Shown here in pieces: positions 18,735-25,846 of a DNA stretch of 32,000 bases. Source of the stretch: an uncultured Nitrososphaerota archaeon (lineage in GTDB: Archaea; Korarchaeota; Korarchaeia; Korarchaeales; Korarchaeaceae); assembly GCA_964480775.1 (NCBI GenBank), contig CAYZRF010000002.1:1-32000 (forward strand), written 5' to 3'. The notes beneath the pieces are model-generated. The model worked only from the letters and a program-made list of their open reading frames with translations, had not been told where the DNA came from and searched no databases. Position numbers and translations under genes: made by a program. Every line of letters begins with the position of its first letter. Positions within the stretch are counted from its first letter, which is position 1.

Positions 18735-18863
18735 CCTTGCTAAGATAATCTCCTTCGTTTTTTAGCTAAAAGAGATCGCTACAGAGCGTTTGTTCCAGAA
18801 AATTCATGAAGAAAAGGTAAACTGAGAGAACAAGGCGGATGATAGGCCATCTGATTCAAAGGA

Positions 18864-19382
18864 CTACTTTTCTTCTTTCTTGATGATATCTTCTATTAGC
18901 AAATATCCAAGAATACCTATCAACGTAATGCGTACCCACTTGTTCTGAAGCAATGTTAGAAATTCTCCTAGCCTAGGAATAGGGACTCGATACTTGACCT
19001 TTCCAATAATGTCATCAACGGTTCTAAACCCCATATCTATGTGTGAATTAGCATCGCCCTTTGTGTAAAAGATTGGTGAGCCCCCCGCCCATTCTATTTT
19101 AATTATCCTATGAACTACAGGTTTACTTGCCCAAGAGGCTTGAAATACGATTATATCTCCCTCTTTAAGTTCGTAAGGGTCTGCTTTAGTTACTATTAGC
19201 AAATCACCTTTCTTTAACGTTGGATACATAGAGTTAGAGGTAGGAACTGCGAGAGGATATTTTACCCCAAGCAAGAAACGCAATCCATAATTTGCAATTA
19301 TGAATACAACGGCAAAGATAACTATAACTTCTATAATAGACTTTGCTATCTCCTTTTCCTTAGTCAATGCGGATAACCTCAC
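18864..19382 (-). CDS. Signal peptidase I, archaeal/eukaryal Sec11 type
   Basis: 172 aa with an N-terminal TM anchor, the catalytic Ser motif PTSNSMYPTLKKGDLL, and the His motif VVHRI. The GTG start overlaps the rpoP stop (GTGA). Confidence 0.85.
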   Translation of the reverse strand: MRLSALTKEKEIAKSIIEVIVIFAVVFIIANYGLRFLLGVKYPLAVPTSNSMYPTLKKGDLLIVTKADPYELKEGDIIVFQASWASKPVVHRIIKIEWAGGSPIFYTKGDANSHIDMGFRTVDDIIGKVKYRVPIPRLGEFLTLLQNKWVRITLIGILGYLLIEDIIKKEEK

Positions 19383-19525
19383 TCGGCTTTCACGTGTCTA
19401 GGAACGGCACCAGATCTAACTTTCTTCAAGATCCTATATCCGCATTTTGGACACCTAAAATCCTTGAAGTACTCCTCCATCTCCTCTCTATGGAAAGTGT
19501 TTCCACATCTCATGCAAACATACAC
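19379..19525 (-). CDS. rpoP: DNA-directed RNA polymerase subunit P (Rpo12/RPABC4), zinc ribbon
   Basis: This gene is not in the ORF track (48 codons). My translation is (GTG)M-YVCMRCGNTFHREEMEEYFKDFRCPKCGYRILKKVRSGAVPRHVKAE. CxxC...CxxC followed by GYRIL.K.R is the RpoP pattern and size. The GTG follows the sui1 stop directly. Confidence 0.85.
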   Translation of the reverse strand: MYVCMRCGNTFHREEMEEYFKDFRCPKCGYRILKKVRSGAVPRHVKAE

Positions 19526-19846
19526 TCAGACCACCTCTATCCTATCTTCTGGGATTCCCCATTGAACTAACATGTCCTTAAGTTTGCGTTTATGGTCGCC
19601 TTGAAGTAGGAGCAGCCCTTCTTTCTTCTTGTAAGTTCCACCACAACCCAACTTTTTCTTTAGGTATTTCACCAATCCCTTGACGTCAGTGTCGTTAGCA
19701 TCAATTCCTTCAACTAACGTCACTTCACGTCCATACTTCCTCTTTTCAATTTTTATTACAACTTTTTGCTGTTCCTTGGCTATTTCGCCGCAGACGCACA
19801 ACTCCTTTGGGAGTCCGCAGACCGGGCATCTTTCTCCGAAGCTCAT
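19526..19846 (-). CDS. sui1: Translation initiation factor aSUI1 (eIF1 homologue)
   Basis: 106 aa with an N-terminal CPVCG...CVCG knuckle followed by the SUI1 core (KRKYGREVTLVEGI...LKKKLGCGGT...LLLQGDHR-like). Confidence 0.92.
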   Translation of the reverse strand: MSFGERCPVCGLPKELCVCGEIAKEQQKVVIKIEKRKYGREVTLVEGIDANDTDVKGLVKYLKKKLGCGGTYKKKEGLLLLQGDHKRKLKDMLVQWGIPEDRIEVV

Positions 19847-19903
19847 TACTTTATATCATGACCTCCCTTGACAGGTCTGGATATTGCGGCCTCTTTAGAA
19901 AAT

Positions 19904-20902
19904 TTATTTTTGTTGGTCACTAGCACCATCCGATACTACAGCAGCAGCCGCCTTTTCGTCTTCTTCCTTAAGAAGAGGCCTTACTTTCTCTAGAAATTCA
20001 CGGTATCTGTTTCTAACAGTCACTTCAGTCACTGAGGCTGCTTGTGCTAATTCTCTCTGAGTTCTATGTATACCTGCCTCTTGACATGCAAGGTATACGG
20101 CAGCGGCAGCCACACCTACAGGTTCCCTTCCTAACGTTGCTCCAACTTCTCTTGCTATCTTGAGTATTTTTATTGCCCTGGTAGCGATGGACTGTGGAAG
20201 TTTTAACTTGGAGCAGATCCTTGGAACATAAACTTCAGATTTTGGCGGTGGAATCCTAGTACCTAACTTTCTGAACAAAAATCTAAAACTACGACCCACT
20301 TCCTTTTCCGTTAAGTTGAAGAACGAGGCTATCTCTCCAAGAGATCTCGGTACCTCAGTTCTCCTACAAGCAGCGTAGATAACAGCAGCCACCATAGCAT
20401 CCATGCTTCTTCCTTTAACAAGACCTGCGGATGAGGCCATTCTGTACAGTTTGGCGGCATCTTCAACTGTATGGGTTGGAAGGTCTAATTGCTCCGCAAT
20501 GGCTCTTATCTTGAACAATGCAGGCATGACATTCTTTTCCTTCCTACTCCTAACGTGTTTCTTTGTTCTTCTCAAGGCTTGAATGGATTTCTGGCTAATT
20601 CCCTTTGAGAAAGAGATCTGAGTATCTAGCCCATAGGCGGGTCTTGTTGGAGTAACTGGAGCCCCTGCCCTAGCTCTCTCCATGAATTCTTCTGTATCAA
20701 ACGCTCTCCAATCTTTATCCTCAAGAAAGAGGCCTTTTGTAACTACTAACCCACACTCAGAGCAAACAAGCTCTCCAGTATCAACATCTTCGATAATTTT
20801 AGTACTATGACACCTGGGGCAAACTATCCTCTCTTCTATAAAGGGAGAGTCTTCTCTCTCCTCCTTATCTCCAGAAGATGAATATTCGAACAAGAAATAC
20901 AT
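19904..20902 (-). CDS. tfb: Transcription initiation factor TFB (TFIIB homologue)
   Basis: 332 aa with the Zn ribbon CPRCHS...CSECGLV, a B-linker, and two cyclin-fold repeats (GRSMDAMVAAVIYAACR; GREPVGVAAAAVYLACQ). It carries a short acidic/Ala-rich C-terminal tail. Confidence 0.96.
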   Translation of the reverse strand: MYFLFEYSSSGDKEEREDSPFIEERIVCPRCHSTKIIEDVDTGELVCSECGLVVTKGLFLEDKDWRAFDTEEFMERARAGAPVTPTRPAYGLDTQISFSKGISQKSIQALRRTKKHVRSRKEKNVMPALFKIRAIAEQLDLPTHTVEDAAKLYRMASSAGLVKGRSMDAMVAAVIYAACRRTEVPRSLGEIASFFNLTEKEVGRSFRFLFRKLGTRIPPPKSEVYVPRICSKLKLPQSIATRAIKILKIAREVGATLGREPVGVAAAAVYLACQEAGIHRTQRELAQAASVTEVTVRNRYREFLEKVRPLLKEEDEKAAAAVVSDGASDQQK

Positions 20903-20963
20903 ACCCCCAGAAAAGTATTCTCCACTATGCGTTGGAGAAGTGATATATAAATTTTACGTTAGA

Positions 20964-21758
20964 TTAAATAAACCGTATTGAAATCAAGTAGCCGATTATA
21001 CCAGTAACTCCGCTCATTATCAAATTAACGAGATCGTTACCTAACCAATCATATCCTTTGATTAACTTTGCTTGAGTTCCACATTTATGAATCCTTGACT
21101 CTGTTATCTTATTACACTTGGGACATCTATAGAGTGCTTGCCATTCAGCTCCAATTACACTATCCAAAAAGCTCCCCAAAAAACCTGTTATTGTAGAAAA
21201 CAAAATAGGATCAGATCCTATCAGACCAACTGCCCCAGTTAATACTCCAAGCAGAGAAGAGGCAACTATTGCTACCGAAAAACCAAGGAGACTAACGCCT
21301 CCAGATGTGCCAGCATCAACTCGAACCCAAGGGCGTGTTACAAGTCTTGGAGGGGAGGGGTTTAAAACACCAATTTCATTGCTCAATGTGTCAGCTATGG
21401 ATGCAGACACAGAAGCGAGATAAGCAAAAAGCCATCTCTCAGATCCTATAACTCGCCACAAAATAAGAAAAATCACGGGCATCAAACCGTTGGCCCAAAC
21501 ATTTTGCCAGCTCCTTGCACCGCCTTTGGGCTGAGCGGCTTCTTTTTGAACCTTTCTTTTGTATTTTATTTTTGTTGCTATGCTTCCAGACAAATAAAAG
21601 GCCATCATTGGCAAAAAAGCCTTTAAGTCACCAAGAAGAACTATACTCCCTCCGACAATAAAGCCACTTATTAGCCCAAGAAAATCTACCCAGCCCTTTC
21701 TAAGACTGATAAGCCCAAGAGCTAGAACTATTAAGAGCCCTATGACCTTAGTGTACAC
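20964..21758 (-). CDS. DUF92/TMEM19-family integral membrane protein (VTE6-like; possible polyprenyl-phosphate kinase family)
   Basis: 264 aa, multi-pass and Gly/Ala-rich, with ADTLSNEIG and LDSVIGAEWQ motifs. A CxxC...HxC knuckle is embedded near the C terminus. Confidence 0.65.
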   Translation of the reverse strand: MYTKVIGLLIVLALGLISLRKGWVDFLGLISGFIVGGSIVLLGDLKAFLPMMAFYLSGSIATKIKYKRKVQKEAAQPKGGARSWQNVWANGLMPVIFLILWRVIGSERWLFAYLASVSASIADTLSNEIGVLNPSPPRLVTRPWVRVDAGTSGGVSLLGFSVAIVASSLLGVLTGAVGLIGSDPILFSTITGFLGSFLDSVIGAEWQALYRCPKCNKITESRIHKCGTQAKLIKGYDWLGNDLVNLIMSGVTGIIGYLISIRFI

Positions 21759-21933
21759 TCTATATCCCTTCTCTTAACCCGCTAATTAAATACTATATTA
21801 TAAAGATCTCGATGCAAAAAGGTAGTGACAAGCACAATGTTCTCCTCAATTAATTTGAAATTATCCTAAGTGAAACATAGTGAAATTTCTTCTACATAAA
21901 CTCAATTACGGCAACTTTCCATAAAATGTAACA

Positions 21934-21941
21934 ATTTAAAT
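21934..21941 (+). promoter_or_regulatory. TATA-box candidate for tRNA-Pro
   Basis: atttaaat ends 24 nt upstream of the mature tRNA 5' end. Confidence 0.45.
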
Positions 21942-21964
21942 GTTGGTTAGAATCCTTTGAAAAG

Positions 21965-22073
21965 GGGGCCGTAGTCTAGCTTGGTCTAGGATGCCAGCCT
22001 GAGGTTGAGATGTTTATTTTTCTTCTACCGGCTAAGGGCGCTGGTGGCCCGGGTTCAAATCCCGGCGGCCCCA
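21965..22073 (+). tRNA. tRNA-Pro (anticodon GGG after splicing) containing a 34-nt intron; CCA not encoded
   Basis: The acceptor stem is GGGGCCG/CGGCCCC with discriminator A. The T arm is CCGGG-TTCAAAT-CCCGG and the variable loop is short. The anticodon stem is CCAGC (21994-21998)/GCTGG (22040-22044). Removing 22002-22035 leaves the loop CUGGGGC. Sequence after the discriminator is ttt, not cca. Confidence 0.85.
22002..22035 (+). other. tRNA intron bounded by a bulge-helix-bulge (hBHBh') motif, between tRNA positions 34 and 35
   Basis: The outer helix is GCC (21993-95)/GGC (22037-39). The central 4-bp helix is AGCC (21996-99)/GGCT (22030-33). The 3-nt bulges are TGA (22000-02) and AAG (22034-36). 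The inner helix is GGTTGAG (22003-09)/TTCTACC (22023-29), with one mismatch and one G-U pair. Confidence 0.7.
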
Positions 22074-22128
22074 TTTGAAAGAACATATTGAGAATGTTTT
22101 TCATCAGGGCTTTAAATTGTAAAACGAT

Positions 22129-22719
22129 GTGATACCATTGAAAAAAACAAGAATACTTGTCCAAGGCGATCCTGTCTGTGATCTAAGACTAAGAGAGGAA
22201 GCTAGGCTTACCATAAGCCAACCGAAGGGCTTAGTTGTAAGAGAACTTTCTAAGAAACTATTTGAGGGGAAGATAGTTTTGGCCGTCGGAGATGCGGTCT
22301 TCAAGAACCTAGTTAGTGAGGGAGTTGAGCCAAACCTCTGTGTAATAGATCTAAAGGTCCAAAGACAAAAGATTGAAGAACCAAGGGACTTGCTGAAAAA
22401 TTACACGATCTTAAGGACGAAAAACCCTCAAGGATTTATAACTAGAAAGGCGTGGCAGACCATTAAGAAAGCAATGAAAAATGTGAGCTCTGGTCAAAAA
22501 GTTGCTGTGTTAGTTGAGGGAGAGGAAGATCTCCTTGGATTTCCAGTTGCAATATTGGGACCTATAGAATCCTTCCTTGTTTATGGACAGCCCGGAGAAG
22601 GAGCAGTTATAGTTTGCATAGACGAAGATGAAAAGAAACGGGCCATAAAAATCCTAGAAGAGTCATTTGAATGTTCTAAAACTAGTTTTCAGGCTTTCTC
22701 GGAAGTAAATGATGTCTAA
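22129..22719 (+). CDS. DUF359-family protein (archaeal GTP-dependent dephospho-CoA kinase family)
   Basis: 196 aa with LRLREEARLTISQPKG, LAVGDAV and PNLCVIDLKVQR motifs, as seen in DUF359 proteins. The start is uncertain: GTG at 22129 or TTG at 22138. A TATA-like tttaaatt lies at 22111-22118. The 3' end overlaps tgtA by 38 nt. Confidence 0.7.
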   Translation: MIPLKKTRILVQGDPVCDLRLREEARLTISQPKGLVVRELSKKLFEGKIVLAVGDAVFKNLVSEGVEPNLCVIDLKVQRQKIEEPRDLLKNYTILRTKNPQGFITRKAWQTIKKAMKNVSSGQKVAVLVEGEEDLLGFPVAILGPIESFLVYGQPGEGAVIVCIDEDEKKRAIKILEESFECSKTSFQAFSEVNDV

Positions 22720-24451
22720 CTCTCATAAATGGGTGTTTTCCGAATTCTTTTACCTCGGGTCCAGACAGTATAGTTTTTCCAACGGCTAAAACAGAATCGG
22801 ATTCATCAACCGCAATGATCTCTTGATAAGGTCTGATCCTCAAGTCTAAGTCCTTAACAAAGTGTGTGAAAACAGAGGTTCCTCTTGCGACAACCTCTGT
22901 AAATTCCTTTTTTATTACAACTCTGCTCTTTGGATAGGGTAAAACTCTGATTAGTTTCTTAGCTCCCTCCAAGCTGGGGATGAACATGCCGTCATAGTGT
23001 CTTATCATTCCAACCCTCTCGTCTCCATCGAAAACTTGTCTCGGCATGCCAGTCCTTTTAGATCTTACAATTATAGGATGTTCAAAGGCTTCTATGGCTT
23101 CAGGACCGAACTGATATTGTAGCAGATGAGACAATATCTCTTCATCGCTAGGTTCTTCTTTGGGTTCAACTTCCCCTGGAACATGTGTTTGACCAAAAGG
23201 ATACGTATATCTCAATCCGATTGGTACTTGGCCATAGAGGTTCGTTGAAAAGAAACGTCTCGCTTTAATTACTCTAGAAAGCAATTTCTTCGCCCTTAAA
23301 ATCTCCGGACGGTTTTTGGTCTCTTCTCCCGAATAAAAGATGCCTGATTTTTTAGAAAAAGGCTCTCTTTTTTCTAATTCATTTTTAAAATGCTTTAATA
23401 CAAACAAAAGAGCCTTTAAAAGGCTTGGATGATACCGTGCTCTCATCTGAACGAGTTCCCAGAGCCATCCTCCTCTAATAGCTTCTCTAATCTTTCTAAT
23501 CTCTTCAGCACAAACGTGAAGGTTGTGCCTAGCTAGGAAACGTATTTTATCCTCTTTAGATAGGGATCTAACCTCCTCTGGTGTATAACTCAAACATTCT
23601 GGGCAGCTGCATGGAAATTCTTCAAGATCTTTCAGATACATAGTTCCTTCAGGGGTCATGTACCTTCCATCTTCAGCAAACAAGGCATAAGCAGCGGAAT
23701 CAAAACTATCCGCTCCTAAAGCAGTGAAAAGGGCAAAAGTTGAAGGATGTCCTATTCCCCAAAAGTGAAGGGGTCTTCCAGCGGGCAATAGTTCTCTCAC
23801 AAGGATTAGATATTCCACCTGAACGTTGTACTCATATCTTTCCAAAGCGACTTTTAGCGAGCCAGCTCCGAAATATTCGAAATTGATAGAAGAGATTTCT
23901 TTTGCACACTGTGCAAGTAAGTCATGATACCTTGCTCCTTGAACCGTTCCAAGCCAAATCGTTCCATTTAGATCATCTTTAATCTGATCCAATTCTCTAG
24001 CATTTTTTATCGTCTCTTTAACGCCTTTTTCGGCTTCCCGATAAGATATTTGTGCCGCCATGGGCACATCTATTATGCTTCCAATGTCAGAACCAATCTC
24101 ATGTTGAAACCTGATTATGTCGATGTTAGAGACCTCCACTTCCCCATATTTGTACAACTGGTAAGCCCCAGAATCAGTCATTATTATTCCATCAAATCCC
24201 AAGAAATCGTGTAGGCCGCATTCTAGAACCTTTGATCGAATATCTTGGCTTCGATATATTATGTAAGAGTTTGTTATTATCTGCTTTAATTTGAAATCTC
24301 TGAAGATTTCCTTGGCTGGTATTACCGGCTTATTTGGGTTGTAAACAGGGAAGAAAGCAGGTAGTTCAAGGGAGCCACTTTTAGTTTCTAGTGTGCCTAA
24401 CCTTGCTGAAGCATCTCTGGCTCGTACTGAGAAAAAGCCAATTTCCTTCAT
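22682..24451 (-). CDS. tgtA: Archaeosine tRNA-guanine transglycosylase (ArcTGT) with C-terminal PUA domain
   Basis: 589 aa with the TIM-barrel TGT motifs FFPVYNP and IMTDSGAYQ, and the zinc site CSCPEC...H. It has C-terminal extension domains ending in a PUA-like segment (ILSGPEVKEF). Confidence 0.93.
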   Translation of the reverse strand: MKEIGFFSVRARDASARLGTLETKSGSLELPAFFPVYNPNKPVIPAKEIFRDFKLKQIITNSYIIYRSQDIRSKVLECGLHDFLGFDGIIMTDSGAYQLYKYGEVEVSNIDIIRFQHEIGSDIGSIIDVPMAAQISYREAEKGVKETIKNARELDQIKDDLNGTIWLGTVQGARYHDLLAQCAKEISSINFEYFGAGSLKVALERYEYNVQVEYLILVRELLPAGRPLHFWGIGHPSTFALFTALGADSFDSAAYALFAEDGRYMTPEGTMYLKDLEEFPCSCPECLSYTPEEVRSLSKEDKIRFLARHNLHVCAEEIRKIREAIRGGWLWELVQMRARYHPSLLKALLFVLKHFKNELEKREPFSKKSGIFYSGEETKNRPEILRAKKLLSRVIKARRFFSTNLYGQVPIGLRYTYPFGQTHVPGEVEPKEEPSDEEILSHLLQYQFGPEAIEAFEHPIIVRSKRTGMPRQVFDGDERVGMIRHYDGMFIPSLEGAKKLIRVLPYPKSRVVIKKEFTEVVARGTSVFTHFVKDLDLRIRPYQEIIAVDESDSVLAVGKTILSGPEVKEFGKHPFMRVRHHLLPRKPEN

Positions 24452-24487
24452 TTTTTAACCCTCAACACCAATAAAAAGCTCAAAACT

Positions 24488-24494
24488 AAAAAAA
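24488..24494 (-). terminator. Oligo-T tract (T7 on - strand) 12 nt after the stop of the winged-helix gene
   Basis: The + strand aaaaaaa reads as ttttttt on the - strand. A second tract, ctttttatt, follows. This is the archaeal oligo-T termination signal type. Confidence 0.35.
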
Positions 24495-24506
24495 GGAGAG
24501 GGGAGA

Positions 24507-24758
24507 TTAGCCAGGGAGTTCCTCGTGCCCATTGTTGAATTTATAAATCAGTGAAAGGCCCTTTTCAGTTATGAAAACTCTTTCACCTCGAAATCGTTTC
24601 TGTCTTTCAATTAATCCGTGAATACAAAGATATCTAAGAACGAACTCCCTATAAGACCTCTCTGGAACTAGTTCTGAGGCCACGACACCGTCTTCGCCAG
24701 CCTTCTCTAACTTCCTTAGAATCCTTATATGGGCATTCAGCAATTTATGATTCTGCAA
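24507..24758 (-). CDS. Small winged-helix DNA-binding protein (putative transcriptional regulator)
   Basis: 83 aa. The layout ILRKLEKAGEDGVVASELV...YREFVLRYLCIHGLIERQKR.RGERVFITEKG fits a helix-turn-helix plus beta-wing. There is no ATG in the ORF, so a TTG start is assumed at 24758, preceded by gggggaagg. The family is not identified. Confidence 0.55.
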   Translation of the reverse strand: MQNHKLLNAHIRILRKLEKAGEDGVVASELVPERSYREFVLRYLCIHGLIERQKRFRGERVFITEKGLSLIYKFNNGHEELPG

Positions 24759-24777
24759 GGCCTTCCCCCTTCATCTT

Positions 24778-24830
24778 GGGTTACCTAGGAACCCCCCTCT
24801 CAGGGGATCGCCCGGGGGCGCCGGGAACCC
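24778..24830. other. GC-rich nested inverted-repeat island (candidate structured RNA, 5' leader or protein-binding site)
   Basis: The 53 nt are about three-quarters G+C by my count, within AT-rich intergenic DNA. Read on the - strand: GGGTT-[CCCGG CGCCC CCGGG]-CGAT-[CCCCT GAG AGGGG]-GGTTCCTAGGT-AACCC. That gives two local hairpins enclosed by a 5-bp helix. Confidence 0.3.
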
Positions 24831-25045
24831 TTGTTGAGGTATAAGTAATGAACATTATCTTAAAAGTTAACATGCCCTAAGCAACTCCAAAAAAGAAACT
24901 TGAGCCTTGAAAGAACCCACAGATCTTTATTTGAACATAAGGAAACAGTTAGTATTGAATCTGAAGTAATGATGAGTGTGTAAATAGAATACGTCTCAAG
25001 TCGAATTTTTCAATGACTATTTACCCGATGATACATGATCCATAG

Positions 25046-25846
25046 ATGACGATAAAAGACGGCGATCTAGTACTTTTCATATACAAAGGAAAAAGAGAGT
25101 TGAGAAAGGTTGTAAAGCGAGTGAGAAGAGGGGAGTATTTTCACACTCATTTAGGGACCATATGTCACGATGATGTGATTGGACTTGAGTGGGGAAGTTC
25201 CATCAAAACGTCAACAGGAGGCAGCATTCTAGTTCTAAAGCCAACTCTCTCAGATCTAATGGAGCAAATACCTAGGAGAACTCAAATAATTTATCCAAAG
25301 GACGCTGCTTTCATGATAATAAAGTCCGGAATCTCTCCAGGATCATTGGTTGTTGAAGGAGGAACAGGTTCGGGATCTTTTACTCTTTGTCTTTCATTTG
25401 CTGTCGGTGAAAGCGGCTTGGTTGTTAGTTATGAGACAAACAAAGACTTTCTAAAACTCGCTTCAAGGAACCTAAAGAGATTTGGGGTCAAGAACGTAGT
25501 CCTAAAAAACAAAGACATAAGGGATCTTGATGAGAGAGAAGTAGATGCCATATTTCTAGATATTGGTAACCCTTGGGATGCGTTTGAACAAGCCCGTTTA
25601 GCCTTAAAGCCGGGAGGAACAATCTGCTGTTTTGTTCCTTCATACGAACAGATGAGGAAAGTTGTTCTATTAGGTAAAGACAGCGGCTTCGGAGTAGCAG
25701 AAGTATATGAGGTGCTACTTAGAGAATACGAGGTGGATGAGAGGAGAACTAGGCCCAAGCCATGGATGATAGGACACACAGGGTTCATCATCATTATGAA
25801 AAAGATAATTGATAGTGGATGTCAACAAAGTCAAATTACGCAGTGA
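25046..25846 (+). CDS. trmI: tRNA (adenine-N1)-methyltransferase TrmI (Gcd14 family, m1A57/58)
   Basis: 266 aa with IIYPKDAAFMI, the SAM motif VVEGGTGSGSFT, VDAIFLDIGNPW and LKPGG. Confidence 0.88.
   Translation: MTIKDGDLVLFIYKGKRELRKVVKRVRRGEYFHTHLGTICHDDVIGLEWGSSIKTSTGGSILVLKPTLSDLMEQIPRRTQIIYPKDAAFMIIKSGISPGSLVVEGGTGSGSFTLCLSFAVGESGLVVSYETNKDFLKLASRNLKRFGVKNVVLKNKDIRDLDEREVDAIFLDIGNPWDAFEQARLALKPGGTICCFVPSYEQMRKVVLLGKDSGFGVAEVYEVLLREYEVDERRTRPKPWMIGHTGFIIIMKKIIDSGCQQSQITQ

Noticed and set aside
18806-18854. C/D-box sRNA-like arrangement on the + strand (ATGAAGA...CTGA...GGATGA...CTGA, about 49 nt)
   Set aside because: Boxes C and C' both deviate from RUGAUGA/UGAUGA. The guide spacers are only 9 and 8 nt, against the usual ~12 nt. 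There is no convincing terminal stem. Only a covariance or snoscan-type search and expression data could rescue it.
22005-22038. Canonical 37/38 intron placement, which would make the gene tRNA-Leu(GAG)
   Set aside because: The tRNA lacks the long variable arm required of tRNA-Leu. The corresponding BHB has a mismatched central helix and no inner helix. The alternative register gives a perfect BHB and a Pro anticodon that matches the tRNA body.
21976-22304. Two - strand track ORFs (21976-22164 and 22104-22304)
   Set aside because: The first is largely the antisense of tRNA-Pro. The second is antisense to the start of the DUF359 gene. Both have implausible Ser/Leu/Pro-rich sequence and no motifs.
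24969-24975. Perfect box C-like ATGATGA in the trmI upstream region
   Set aside because: There is no CTGA box D or D' at an appropriate distance downstream. The only CTGA lies 5 nt upstream of it.
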